Positions 1-7,688 of a stretch of DNA of 49,400 bases are shown here, one piece after another; positions within the stretch are counted from its first letter, which is position 1, and each line of letters begins with the position of its first letter. The position numbers and the translations under genes are program-made. The DNA is from a virus. Its lineage: Duplodnaviria > Caudoviricetes. The notes beneath the pieces are model-generated. The model had not been told where the DNA came from, made no database searches, and was given only the letters and a program-made list of their open reading frames with translations. The stretch spans positions 1 to 49,400 of IMG/VR virus record IMGVR_UViG_3300025852_000005; one strand, given 5' to 3'.

Positions 1-127
<127 letters not shown>

Positions 128-537
128 CATAGTACAGTGCATACTATGGGCATGAGTATGCAGTACAAACGCCATGCCAACATGGGTACAAATAGCGTGC
201 CATTGTGCATAGCCTAGCCTGCCATGCTACATGCATACAATACAAAGCATATACATAGTGCATAGTACAACGTATACCCCTAGTCATACAGCACAATACT
301 ACAATGTGATGCTATAGGGGATGGGGTAGACTAGGGCATACACTCTACCCTTGTAGTCTGATTGCAATGGATGCTATACCCCTCCCCTATTCTGTGCTTT
401 GCAGCAGCACGGCGGGTCGCCCTTCCGACGAATCGCCAGATTTCCAGAGTTAGTGCGCTAACCCATTGACACTTCCACACTCACGCTGACCTGCCCATTC
501 CCTCCAACTATCAGCCAACTATTAGGACTGATCAACT

Positions 538-566
538 TTGACATCAACACGGATTGGTGATATACT
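538..566 (+). promoter_or_regulatory. sigma70/sigmaA-type promoter
   Basis: TTGACA(538-543)-17 bp-TATACT(561-566), upstream of the endonuclease VII gene. Confidence 0.75.
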
Positions 567-608
567 GACTCCATGAAGTAGCAATCAAGTATTAGCCAAG
601 TATCAACA

Positions 609-1028
609 GTGAGGAAATACGGCATGGGTTATCCCACGGGTATTGAAAAAGACGGGCGATCCTACGCAGTTGATGGAATCAGAACATGTACGCTGTGTCT
701 GGAACAGATGCCCGATACCCCCGAGTTCTTCTATACGCACCCGACAGGAGAACGTCGAGCGTGGTGCAAGCGGTGCTTCCAAAAACAAACTCGTGCAACG
801 CGGTATGCAAAATATGGCCTCTCGGCGGCTGAGTATAACGCGATGGTCATTACACAGGATGGCAGGTGTGCCATTTGTGGAGCGGTGGGTGAACTCAGCA
901 TTGATCACTGTCATACCTCGGGGAACGTGCGGGGACTCCTATGCGGCACATGCAACACGGGTTTGGGCATGTTCAAGGACGACCCCAAACTGTTGCACCT
1001 TGCGATAGACTATCTCTCCCCGAACTGA
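609..1028 (+). CDS. Recombination endonuclease VII-family (His-Me finger) nuclease
   Basis: CAICG...LSIDHCHTSGNVRGLLCGTCNTGLGMFKDDP...AIDYL signature plus N-terminal CxxC pairs. Start may be ATG 624. Confidence 0.85.
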   Translation: MRKYGMGYPTGIEKDGRSYAVDGIRTCTLCLEQMPDTPEFFYTHPTGERRAWCKRCFQKQTRATRYAKYGLSAAEYNAMVITQDGRCAICGAVGELSIDHCHTSGNVRGLLCGTCNTGLGMFKDDPKLLHLAIDYLSPN

Positions 1029-1185
1029 CAGCCTACTCCCTGTCATCCCACTCCTGATCGACAGCATCTACCCTGTTGCCCCAACACCCTCTCAACACTC
1101 ACTCGTGATGGTATTATCTCCCTCACCCCGACAACTATCTGACCCCTGTTTCCCAATCGGGATACACACCCTGCGCAGGAAACAC

Positions 1186-1214
1186 TTGACACCGTGGCCA
1201 CGGAGGCGTATCAT
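1186..1214 (+). promoter_or_regulatory. sigma70/sigmaA-type promoter with no convincing downstream CDS
   Basis: TTGACA(1186-1191)-17 bp-TATCAT(1209-1214). Confidence 0.7.
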
Positions 1215-1220
1215 GTCACA

Positions 1221-1555
1221 CGGAGTCCCCCGTAGGTGGCGCGACACAGGCGGGGTGGAGCGGCGAGTATGCCTCAGCCGCACGTCGTCGGTAGTGGAGG
1301 GCCGGAAAGGCCCCGTAGGGGCCGACGACACACAGATCAATGCCGCCTCATCAGCGGCTACCCCGGAGCGCGATGCGCGAAGGGGCGAAGCCCTCGGTGA
1401 TGCCGAGGCCGGGGCGGGGAGCGGGGTGCATCCCGTCCGCCCCGCATATCAAGGCTCGTCGGCTTGCTGAGTAGTCGGATGGCGATGAAAAGCCCTGACG
1501 AGGCACAGCGAAAAGCCCGTTCCCGGAGTGGCCGAGAGCGGGCTTTCGCATGTCT
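1221..1555 (+). ncRNA. Putative structured non-coding RNA of unknown class
   Basis: Lies between a consensus promoter and a terminator hairpin. Contains many nested stems (1260-1281, 1284-1329, 1342-1358, 1251-58/1358-65, 1410-1444, 1455-62/1495-1502). No credible ORF. Confidence 0.5.
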
Positions 1556-1556
1556 T
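1508..1556. terminator. Intrinsic terminator hairpin, probably bidirectional
   Basis: GCGAAAAGCCCGTTC...GAGCGGGCTTTCGC followed by ATGTCTT. Also lies just past the end of the leftward operon (1597). Confidence 0.65.
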
Positions 1557-1596
1557 GAAAAAATCCAGCAGAATCCAACGAGTTTGTGCGGTAATA

Positions 1597-1812
1597 CTAG
1601 GCCGTGCGACCGATACGGACGATATGGACGAACCCCCACACCACATCCAGAATGATGCCGTTCGTGTCATACACGATGAACCCGTCACGCTCCCTGATCC
1701 GCCACACGTAGCCGATGCCGAGAATCGACACGGCCTCCGTGACGACGTTCGACACGTCCTCGCCGTTGAGATAGACCTTGTACCGCCAGCCGTCCCCCAC
1801 GTTGGCTCTCAT
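1597..1812 (-). CDS. Hypothetical protein (MRANVGDGWRYKVYLNG...)
   Basis: ATGA overlap with the upstream ORF at 1809-1812; last gene of the leftward operon. Confidence 0.6.
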   Translation of the reverse strand: MRANVGDGWRYKVYLNGEDVSNVVTEAVSILGIGYVWRIRERDGFIVYDTNGIILDVVWGFVHIVRIGRTA

Positions 1813-2045
1813 GCCTGCACCCTCCCGAACACCTTGACCACGGGGGTCGTGACCCGCGCCGTCAGCACTTTCTCCGCCACGCCGTCGAGCACCATACGCA
1901 TTGGCTGCCCGAGGGTGATGTCGCTGCACTCGACGAGGCGCATCCACGCCCCGTCTTTGCGCATCGGTGCTCCACCGAACCTGCGGACGAGCACGCCGTC
2001 GTTGGAGAAGTCGTACACCGTCCCACTCTTTGTAGTCACTAGCAT
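1809..2045 (-). CDS. Hypothetical protein
   Basis: GGAGGAG RBS and tight operon packing. Confidence 0.7.
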   Translation of the reverse strand: MLVTTKSGTVYDFSNDGVLVRRFGGAPMRKDGAWMRLVECSDITLGQPMRMVLDGVAEKVLTARVTTPVVKVFGRVQA

Positions 2046-2254
2046 ATCGGGTCTCCTCCGTTGAATAGTTGTTCGAGCACCCCAACGAACTCATACGCAG
2101 CCTCGACGGACGAGAACGAGGCGATCTTGTGACTGGTGTTGCCTCGCGTCACCATCAGAGAGGGTCGCTTGCCGAACTCCGGCATGTCGGTGGGGCCGAT
2201 GGACACGTGGCCGTTGCCCCAGTGGAAGAAGATGTGCTTCTTCGCGTCAGCCAT
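2039..2254 (-). CDS. Hypothetical protein
   Basis: AAGGA RBS and overlaps with both neighbours. Confidence 0.65.
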   Translation of the reverse strand: MADAKKHIFFHWGNGHVSIGPTDMPEFGKRPSLMVTRGNTSHKIASFSSVEAAYEFVGVLEQLFNGGDPIC

Positions 2255-2681
2255 TGTACCTGTCCTTCGCCTCGACGACTTCGTAGAACACCGGGATGTT
2301 GCGCAGGTGCGCGAAGCCTATCTCCTTTGCTACACCTGTCGAGCGCGCGGTGAGTAGGTCGGGACAGACGTACACCGCGTCACAGCGCATCAGCAGCGCG
2401 AGATCGTACGCGTACCAGAACTCGGGTGGATGCGGCGAGAGCATGTCCACGACGAGACTGGCGTGCGGGACGAGCGGTATCCATCCGACCGCGAGCAGCG
2501 CGTCGAACGCCTTGATGGCATTGGCCGTGCCCTGTGTCGGGCACGCGCTGTAATAGCCTGCGATATAAATGACCGGACGCTCCTCGATGGGCCACGTCAG
2601 CGGGTCGCTGTCGAGCGAGAATCCATTGGGACAATGGATGAGTTCGCGCAGGATGGACTCTTCGTGTTCCTTGATGCTCAT
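2247..2681 (-). CDS. Nucleoside 2-deoxyribosyltransferase-like (DUF4406-type) protein
   Basis: IYIAGYYS...PLVPH...DLALLMRCDAVYV...STGVAKEIGFAHLRNIPVF pattern. GGAGG RBS before ATG 2681. Confidence 0.7.
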   Translation of the reverse strand: MSIKEHEESILRELIHCPNGFSLDSDPLTWPIEERPVIYIAGYYSACPTQGTANAIKAFDALLAVGWIPLVPHASLVVDMLSPHPPEFWYAYDLALLMRCDAVYVCPDLLTARSTGVAKEIGFAHLRNIPVFYEVVEAKDRYNG

Positions 2682-3184
2682 CGTACCTCCCAGTTCGGCA
2701 GACTGTTCCACATACAGCAGGACAGGCACGGCTCGTCGCTACCCGCAACTGGAAGATAGTGACACGTTTCGCAGTCGTGTACCGCACTCGCCTGACTCGG
2801 CACATGCCCCATCGCGTCATTGAGCCGCTTCACGATGTCGATTGTCTGCTCAGTGTATGGTCTATCATCCTTCTCGGGGTGGGTCTTACCGTATTCCATC
2901 AGCGCGAAAGCGTGGAACACGACAGCTGCGAGGTGATGACTGCCGGTCTCCTCGTCGATGTCCTCGCCACGCCAGAACGCCCACGCGTGACGCATCATCG
3001 CGCCAAAGGACTTCGACCACGCGTACCCGCGCTCCCAGTTGCGATCCGCATACTTCTTGGCACCGACGCCATAATGACGCGCAACGGCTTCGAACGGTGC
3101 AGCCGGAATGAGGTCGAATCGCTCCAACTTCACGCCCTTCTCCGCCCCCGTATCGACATCTACAGTGTGGACTTCGCTACTCAT
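2678..3184 (-). CDS. dATP/dGTP diphosphohydrolase domain protein (DUF5664 family)
   Basis: RFDLIP...VARHYGVGAKKYADRNWERG...AMMRHAWAFWRGEDIDEETGSHHLAAVVFH motif, plus a C-terminal Cys-rich tail. Confidence 0.85.
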   Translation of the reverse strand: MSSEVHTVDVDTGAEKGVKLERFDLIPAAPFEAVARHYGVGAKKYADRNWERGYAWSKSFGAMMRHAWAFWRGEDIDEETGSHHLAAVVFHAFALMEYGKTHPEKDDRPYTEQTIDIVKRLNDAMGHVPSQASAVHDCETCHYLPVAGSDEPCLSCCMWNSLPNWEVR

Positions 3185-3399
3185 CGCCGTCCCGCCTTCT
3201 CAACGATGAATGCACACAGACCCCACAGCATGATGAGCGCAATGAATCCAAGAGGGATGAGTGTCGGTGTCCACACCCACCACCACGACCACGTAACGAG
3301 ACCTGCCAACTTCAGGATGAGAAACACTATCTGCACGACTGTCAGACACCCCATACTGCCGTTGTTCGGCTGCGTGCTCTCCATGAACTTTCCTCTCAT
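3181..3399 (-). CDS. Small membrane protein
   Basis: IVFLILKLAGLVTWSWWWVWTP, a common phage two-TM protein pattern. Confidence 0.7.
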   Translation of the reverse strand: MRGKFMESTQPNNGSMGCLTVVQIVFLILKLAGLVTWSWWWVWTPTLIPLGFIALIMLWGLCAFIVEKAGRR

Positions 3400-3596
3400 T
3401 ATGGCCTCCGCTTTCTCTCCTTGAAGAACTCCCGCGTCGTGCCGGGGTACCACGGGACGACAGGAGGATTCGTGAATACAAGTTTCCCATCGGCCCCGCA
3501 CTCGGGGCACGGAGCAGGATCGTCGCACTCGCTCATCGCGCGCTGGACTTCCCACCGCTCGTCACACAGCGGGCACTTCATATCATAGCGAGGCAC
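3399..3596 (-). CDS. FmdB-family zinc-ribbon protein
   Basis: MPRYDMKCPLC...E....M.E.....CPECG; AAGGAG RBS. Confidence 0.8.
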   Translation of the reverse strand: MPRYDMKCPLCDERWEVQRAMSECDDPAPCPECGADGKLVFTNPPVVPWYPGTTREFFKERKRRP

Positions 3597-3786
3597 GAGA
3601 CATCCGCTCCTTCAGATGGCCGTCACACGCGGGTGGTTGCATGTCTGTGGTCGTGTCCAGACGGATAGCAGGTTCGCCGCCGCATCGCCAGCACGTCCAA
3701 CGATGCCACACGGCCCCGTCGTGATCACGACTGACGGTATGCGAGTGCCAGTCACACGTTTCGCAACTTCCGTGGGGGTTGCTCAT
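3583..3786 (-). CDS. Small Cys-rich hypothetical protein
   Basis: CxxC motifs and ATGA coupling to the upstream gene. Confidence 0.55.
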   Translation of the reverse strand: MSNPHGSCETCDWHSHTVSRDHDGAVWHRWTCWRCGGEPAIRLDTTTDMQPPACDGHLKERMSRASL

Positions 3787-3947
3787 CTGCGTGCCAGTTG
3801 GTCGATGATGACCAGCATCGCCGCGAGGATGGCGCGGAGAAGGTCGGTGTCATACGACTTTGGCACAACATACGGCTGTGTGGCCTCGTGCTTGTTGGCA
3901 TCGGCCAAACGGTCATCAAGTTGTGATAGAAGTGTGCGGACTGCCAT
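3783..3947 (-). CDS. Hypothetical protein
   Basis: GGAG RBS before ATG 3947; operon packing. Confidence 0.55.
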   Translation of the reverse strand: MAVRTLLSQLDDRLADANKHEATQPYVVPKSYDTDLLRAILAAMLVIIDQLARR

Positions 3948-3948
3948 G

Positions 3949-4371
3949 TCAGTTCTCCACGTTCTGCCAACAACGACCATTGGCTATGTCGTAGACGGTT
4001 TGGTCGCATACTCCGTATCGCGCAGCAATGACCTGCCCGGTGATGTTCCCTGTGCCCAAGAGTTCTTTGATTTCTCGAACCTGTGCCGTCGTCAATGTGG
4101 TTCCTGCACCGCGTCGCATGTTCTCAGCGTGGGTCACGGGTTCGAGGTGCGAGGGTCGGACGCAGGGTCGATTTCGACACAGGTGATCCAACTGCAACCC
4201 GTCGGGAATCGGCCCGTTTTCACGTTCCCAGTAGACCCGATGCGCGCCCCTATACCGCTTGTTTATCCGCATATGACCATATCCGCCGTAATCGAGCGCG
4301 CGTTGCCACACCCAACACGGGGTCGTGTAGCCGCAGTCCTGTTCAAGATATTGATTCGGGGATAGGGTCAT
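3949..4371 (-). CDS. HNH homing endonuclease with C-terminal HTH (copy 1)
   Basis: CWVWQ...GYG...AHRVYWE...GPIPDGLQLDHLCRNRPCVRPSHLEPVTHAENMRRG. Confidence 0.9.
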   Translation of the reverse strand: MTLSPNQYLEQDCGYTTPCWVWQRALDYGGYGHMRINKRYRGAHRVYWERENGPIPDGLQLDHLCRNRPCVRPSHLEPVTHAENMRRGAGTTLTTAQVREIKELLGTGNITGQVIAARYGVCDQTVYDIANGRCWQNVEN

Positions 4372-4372
4372 G

Positions 4373-4552
4373 TCAGTTCTCATTCAGAAGATACTGCACC
4401 CAGCACGCGGTACACTCAGATTTTTCGGGGACGTAGGACTTCAAACCTCTTTCGTTGAGACACACGTGTCCTCGCTTCGGACACGTCTGCTCGCCCTCTG
4501 CTTGCTCGATTGCGATACGGATTACGCGGTCATATGGCAATGTGACGAGCAT
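4373..4552 (-). CDS. 59-aa Cys-containing hypothetical protein (absent from the ORF track)
   Basis: Translated by hand: MLVTLPYDRVIRIAIEQAEGEQTCPKRGHVCLNERGLKSYVPEKSECTACWVQYLLNEN. Purine-rich RBS; first gene after the leftward promoter. Confidence 0.55.
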   Translation of the reverse strand: MLVTLPYDRVIRIAIEQAEGEQTCPKRGHVCLNERGLKSYVPEKSECTACWVQYLLNEN

Positions 4553-4591
4553 TCCTGCCCCTTCCTCGGTCTGTTGTGCTTCAATGAGACT

Positions 4592-4658
4592 AGTCTACCA
4601 CCCGAATCCGGCAAAATCAACCTTTTTCTCGACATTCGGCACGTATACCTGCTATAAT
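4592..4658. promoter_or_regulatory. Back-to-back divergent promoters
   Basis: Minus: TTGATT(4620-4615)-17-TAGACT(4597-4592) with TG extension. Plus: TCGACA(4629)-18-TATAAT(4653-4658) with TGn extension. Confidence 0.65.
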
Positions 4659-4697
4659 GGGCGCGGAAATAGCAACTATAGACCCCACGGAGGGCCG

Positions 4698-5306
4698 ATG
4701 TTGACACTACTGCTGCCCGTGATCCGGCCTTGGACGCGCACCGCCGTCTGTGATGCCATTGCCGCGTCTGACATTCCTCGTGAGAAGTGTATCGTCATTC
4801 TTGACGCGCCCGATTGTGAATCGTGGTTGCTCACACTCTGGTCTCTAGGCTTCGACGTCCACTCATACGTCCGGCACAACCCATATCCGCCCGAGGGACG
4901 GGTCGAACGGCGTGACCGGCACCGTGCAATGGTGAAATACAGCCAATCTTTGGTACCTGACGGCCCGTTGCTGTGTCTTGAGGACGACGTACTCGTCCCT
5001 CCCGACATTTACGCTCGTCTCACGACACTTGCACCCACGAACATGACGGGTGTGCAGGTCGCGCGGCACGAGAATCGCAATCCTGTCGTCTATCCGCTGC
5101 GTCATACCTACAGCACGGGTTTTGAGACTGTCGATGGCGCTGGCTTGGGCTGTTTGATGACCACGGGCGAGGAGTACCGTCACGCGCTGCTTGGTGACGG
5201 CCCCGGCCCTGTAGACTACGAACTCACATCGCAGTTGGAGGAGTTGATCATCGACTGGGATTGCATCTGCGGTCATCTGACGCCGGATGGGGTGTTGCTC
5301 CCGTGA
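4698..5306 (+). CDS. Putative GT-A fold glycosyltransferase
   Basis: N-terminal LLLPV strand, LLCLEDDVLVP (DxD-like) and VDGAGLGCLM motifs. GGAGG RBS before ATG 4698. Confidence 0.65.
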   Translation: MLTLLLPVIRPWTRTAVCDAIAASDIPREKCIVILDAPDCESWLLTLWSLGFDVHSYVRHNPYPPEGRVERRDRHRAMVKYSQSLVPDGPLLCLEDDVLVPPDIYARLTTLAPTNMTGVQVARHENRNPVVYPLRHTYSTGFETVDGAGLGCLMTTGEEYRHALLGDGPGPVDYELTSQLEELIIDWDCICGHLTPDGVLLP

Positions 5307-6781
5307 TTCCGAAGATCATCTACACGACTTGGATTTCCGACAAACCGATGCCCGCGAAGTTCGAGCCGTACATCGAGTCGTGGCGCAAGGTCATGCCCGA
5401 CTACGAGATAGTCGTCCTCGGTCTCGACAACATCAAGCACAACCCGTGGGTGGACGCGGCCTTGGCGGCAGGCAACAACGTGCTTGCGAGCAACTACGCC
5501 CGCTGTCAGGCGGTCTACGACACGGGTGGCGTGTACCTCGACGTGGACGTGGAAGTGCTCAAGTCCTTCGATGACTTGCTCCACGATGCGTGTTTCGTCG
5601 GCTCAGAGGAGGAAAAGTGGCTCGGCTGCGCCGTATTCGGTGCCGAAGCGGGACACCCATTTCTCGCTGAGTGTATGCGATACATCGAAGGTTTCGACAT
5701 CGCGTCGAAGCATGTCGAGAATGAGACCGGGCCGCGCGCGTTCACCGAACTCCTGCGTCGGCGCGGGTGGTATCACCAACGATCCGTTCCAATGGTGTTC
5801 GGTGATGTCAAGGTCTACCCGCGCACGTACTTCTACCCGTACCTCTACACGGAGACGTTCGATCCGCGCTGCATCAAGCCCGAGACGGTCGCGGTGCATC
5901 ATTGGGCGCACTCGTGGAATCCCGTGCTCAAAGAGCCGGTATCCATCATCATCCCCTGTTACAATCAGGCCGAGTATCTGTGTGAGGCCATCGACAGCGC
6001 GCTCGCGCAGACCGTTCCGCCACACGAGATCATCGTGGTGGACGACGGGTCGAAGACGGGATGGGTCGCCGCGCTCACCGCGCCCTACGGCGACACGGTG
6101 ACGACCATCGTCACGCCGAATCGTGGTGTGGCGGCGGCTCGAAACATGGGTATCCGCGTCGCCACGGGGAAGTGGATAGCCACCCTCGACGCGGATGACC
6201 AACTCGCGCCGGAATACATCGAGAAGATGATCGGCAAGAGCGACATCGTGTCCGCCGTCCTTGAGACCTTCGGTTCCGAGAATAGGCGATGGGTACCACC
6301 GAAAGTGAACCCGACGTGGCAGGACTTCGCCCGTCAGAACCACATTATGTGCTGTTCCCTCTACAAGCGGGAGATATGGGAACGCGTCGGCGGGTATGAC
6401 GAGTCGATGCGCGACGGGTACGAGGACTGGGATTTCTGGACGCGGGCCACGCACAAGGGGTATGGGGTACATGTCGTGCCCGAGACCTTGTTCTTCTATC
6501 GCAAGCACCCCATCGACCGCAAGCACATCCGTGGCTCGGTAGACGGGGCTAGGGTCAAAGACGCGGCACTTCGCACGTACATGCACAACAAGTGGGCCGC
6601 GCTCGGTATCCCGTCGCAGCCCGCTGCCGCGCTGCGTACCGCACCGCTTCACTATCCCGTCACGCTGGCCGTGACAGTCGAGTACAAGAGTAAGACGTAC
6701 CCCAAGGGTACGAAGATCGACCGCCCGACCGCTGTGGCCCTCAAAGCCGCAGGTCTACTCACAGACCCGCGTATCGAGTAG
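5303..6781 (+). CDS. Two-domain glycosyltransferase: GT32/OCH1-like DXD domain plus GT2 domain
   Basis: IPKIIYTTW...SW....PDYE...YDTGGVYLDVDVEVLKSFDDL...TGP (GT32). VSIIIPCYNQAEYL...IIVVDDGS...NRGVAAARN...LDADD...GGYDE...EDWDFW (GT2). GTGA overlap with the upstream gene. Confidence 0.9.
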   Translation: MIPKIIYTTWISDKPMPAKFEPYIESWRKVMPDYEIVVLGLDNIKHNPWVDAALAAGNNVLASNYARCQAVYDTGGVYLDVDVEVLKSFDDLLHDACFVGSEEEKWLGCAVFGAEAGHPFLAECMRYIEGFDIASKHVENETGPRAFTELLRRRGWYHQRSVPMVFGDVKVYPRTYFYPYLYTETFDPRCIKPETVAVHHWAHSWNPVLKEPVSIIIPCYNQAEYLCEAIDSALAQTVPPHEIIVVDDGSKTGWVAALTAPYGDTVTTIVTPNRGVAAARNMGIRVATGKWIATLDADDQLAPEYIEKMIGKSDIVSAVLETFGSENRRWVPPKVNPTWQDFARQNHIMCCSLYKREIWERVGGYDESMRDGYEDWDFWTRATHKGYGVHVVPETLFFYRKHPIDRKHIRGSVDGARVKDAALRTYMHNKWAALGIPSQPAAALRTAPLHYPVTLAVTVEYKSKTYPKGTKIDRPTAVALKAAGLLTDPRIE

Positions 6782-6807
6782 ACTGATACGCCAGATTGCT
6801 GTATAAT
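6779..6807 (+). promoter_or_regulatory. Promoter upstream of holin
   Basis: TAGACT-17-TATAAT(6802-6807). Confidence 0.55.
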
Positions 6808-6837
6808 GTGGGTACGTCGATACGAAGGAGAAACGAC

Positions 6838-7095
6838 ATGGCGTGGTTCACACCAGAACGGCGTAAGGCCATTTATGGAATCGTGGGTGCAGTCTGTATT
6901 GCGCTCACCGCGTTCGGCATCGTCTCGACCGACGATCTGCTGCGGATTCTGGCGGCTGTCACGGGCGTACTCGCCGGACTCTCGAACTTCATGGCGTTCC
7001 TCAAGACCAACGTGGATACCGGGACGCAGGAGTTCGTGGATTCGTGTGGTGCTTCCGCGCTCGATGGAGACCCGACCGAGGATGGCGACGCGTGA
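6838..7095 (+). CDS. Putative holin (two TM helices)
   Basis: MAWFTPERRKAIYGIVGAV...FGIV...LAAVTGVLAG resembles actinophage holins. AAGGAG RBS. Confidence 0.65.
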   Translation: MAWFTPERRKAIYGIVGAVCIALTAFGIVSTDDLLRILAAVTGVLAGLSNFMAFLKTNVDTGTQEFVDSCGASALDGDPTEDGDA

Positions 7096-7181
7096 TGAAG
7101 AACAAGGCTGCTCCGTTCACCAAGAAGGACGGCAAGGACAAGGCCGACAAGAAGAAACTGAAAAAGGTCGGCAAGAAGTAG
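7095..7181 (+). CDS. 28-aa Lys-rich peptide
   Basis: TGATG coupling to the holin stop; MKNKAAPFTKKDGKDKADKKKLKKVGKK. Confidence 0.4.
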   Translation: MKNKAAPFTKKDGKDKADKKKLKKVGKK

Positions 7182-7264
7182 GGACATGGGCGGTCGCGCA
7201 CACGGTTCTGCTCGTTACGGGGTGCGACGCGGTGCGTAAGGGGCAAGGCGCGCCACCGATTTTC

Positions 7265-7298
7265 AGACGACGGACAACCGTCGTCTTTCGGCGTATCT
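7265..7298 (+). terminator. Terminator hairpin
   Basis: AGACGACGG-ACAA-CCGTCGTCT followed by TTCGGCGTAT. Confidence 0.6.
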
Positions 7299-7369
7299 AG
7301 GAGTCCCATGTATGGCCACGAAGGAGTCCGCACATGAACAACACACGCGGACACGCGGAGGTGGGCTAG

Positions 7370-7663
7370 ATGACGCTCTCACTTACGACCGCTGGCTTCC
7401 ATGCCACTGGTGGCAATACCGTCACTCGCGACGGCCTCTACGCCGTCCACAAGTTCCTCGGCTCGTCGTCGTTCGTCTGCACCGGCTCTGCCACGGGTTC
7501 GGCGCTGGTCGTGGGCGGTGGCGGTGGCGGTGCTGGTGGCAACGCTGGCAACTCGGGCGGCGTTCGCAAGACCGACTGGCAGCTCCTCGACACCGTGAGG
7601 ACGCTGCTCGCCGGGGATGGCACGAGCGCAGTCGCCGGGGCCCTCGGGGTCTCGCTCACCTAG
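7370..7663 (+). CDS. Short glycine-rich domain protein, possibly a truncated tail or decoration protein
   Basis: ATGGN....G.Y.VHKF..SSSF......ALVVGGGGGG is the start of a glycine-rich phage virion domain. GGAGG RBS. Confidence 0.55.
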   Translation: MTLSLTTAGFHATGGNTVTRDGLYAVHKFLGSSSFVCTGSATGSALVVGGGGGGAGGNAGNSGGVRKTDWQLLDTVRTLLAGDGTSAVAGALGVSLT

Positions 7664-7688
7664 AAGGCCACGGAAGAGGTAAGACTCG

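Noticed and set aside
1495-1550. Hammerhead ribozyme-like CTGACGA...GAAA core
   Set aside because: Stem I cannot form, stem II is only 1-2 bp, and CTGACGAG pairs better with 1455-1462.
2678-3184. Evidence for a 2-aminoadenine (Z) genome
   Set aside because: No PurZ/adenylosuccinate synthetase-like ORF was seen. DUF5664 alone is insufficient.
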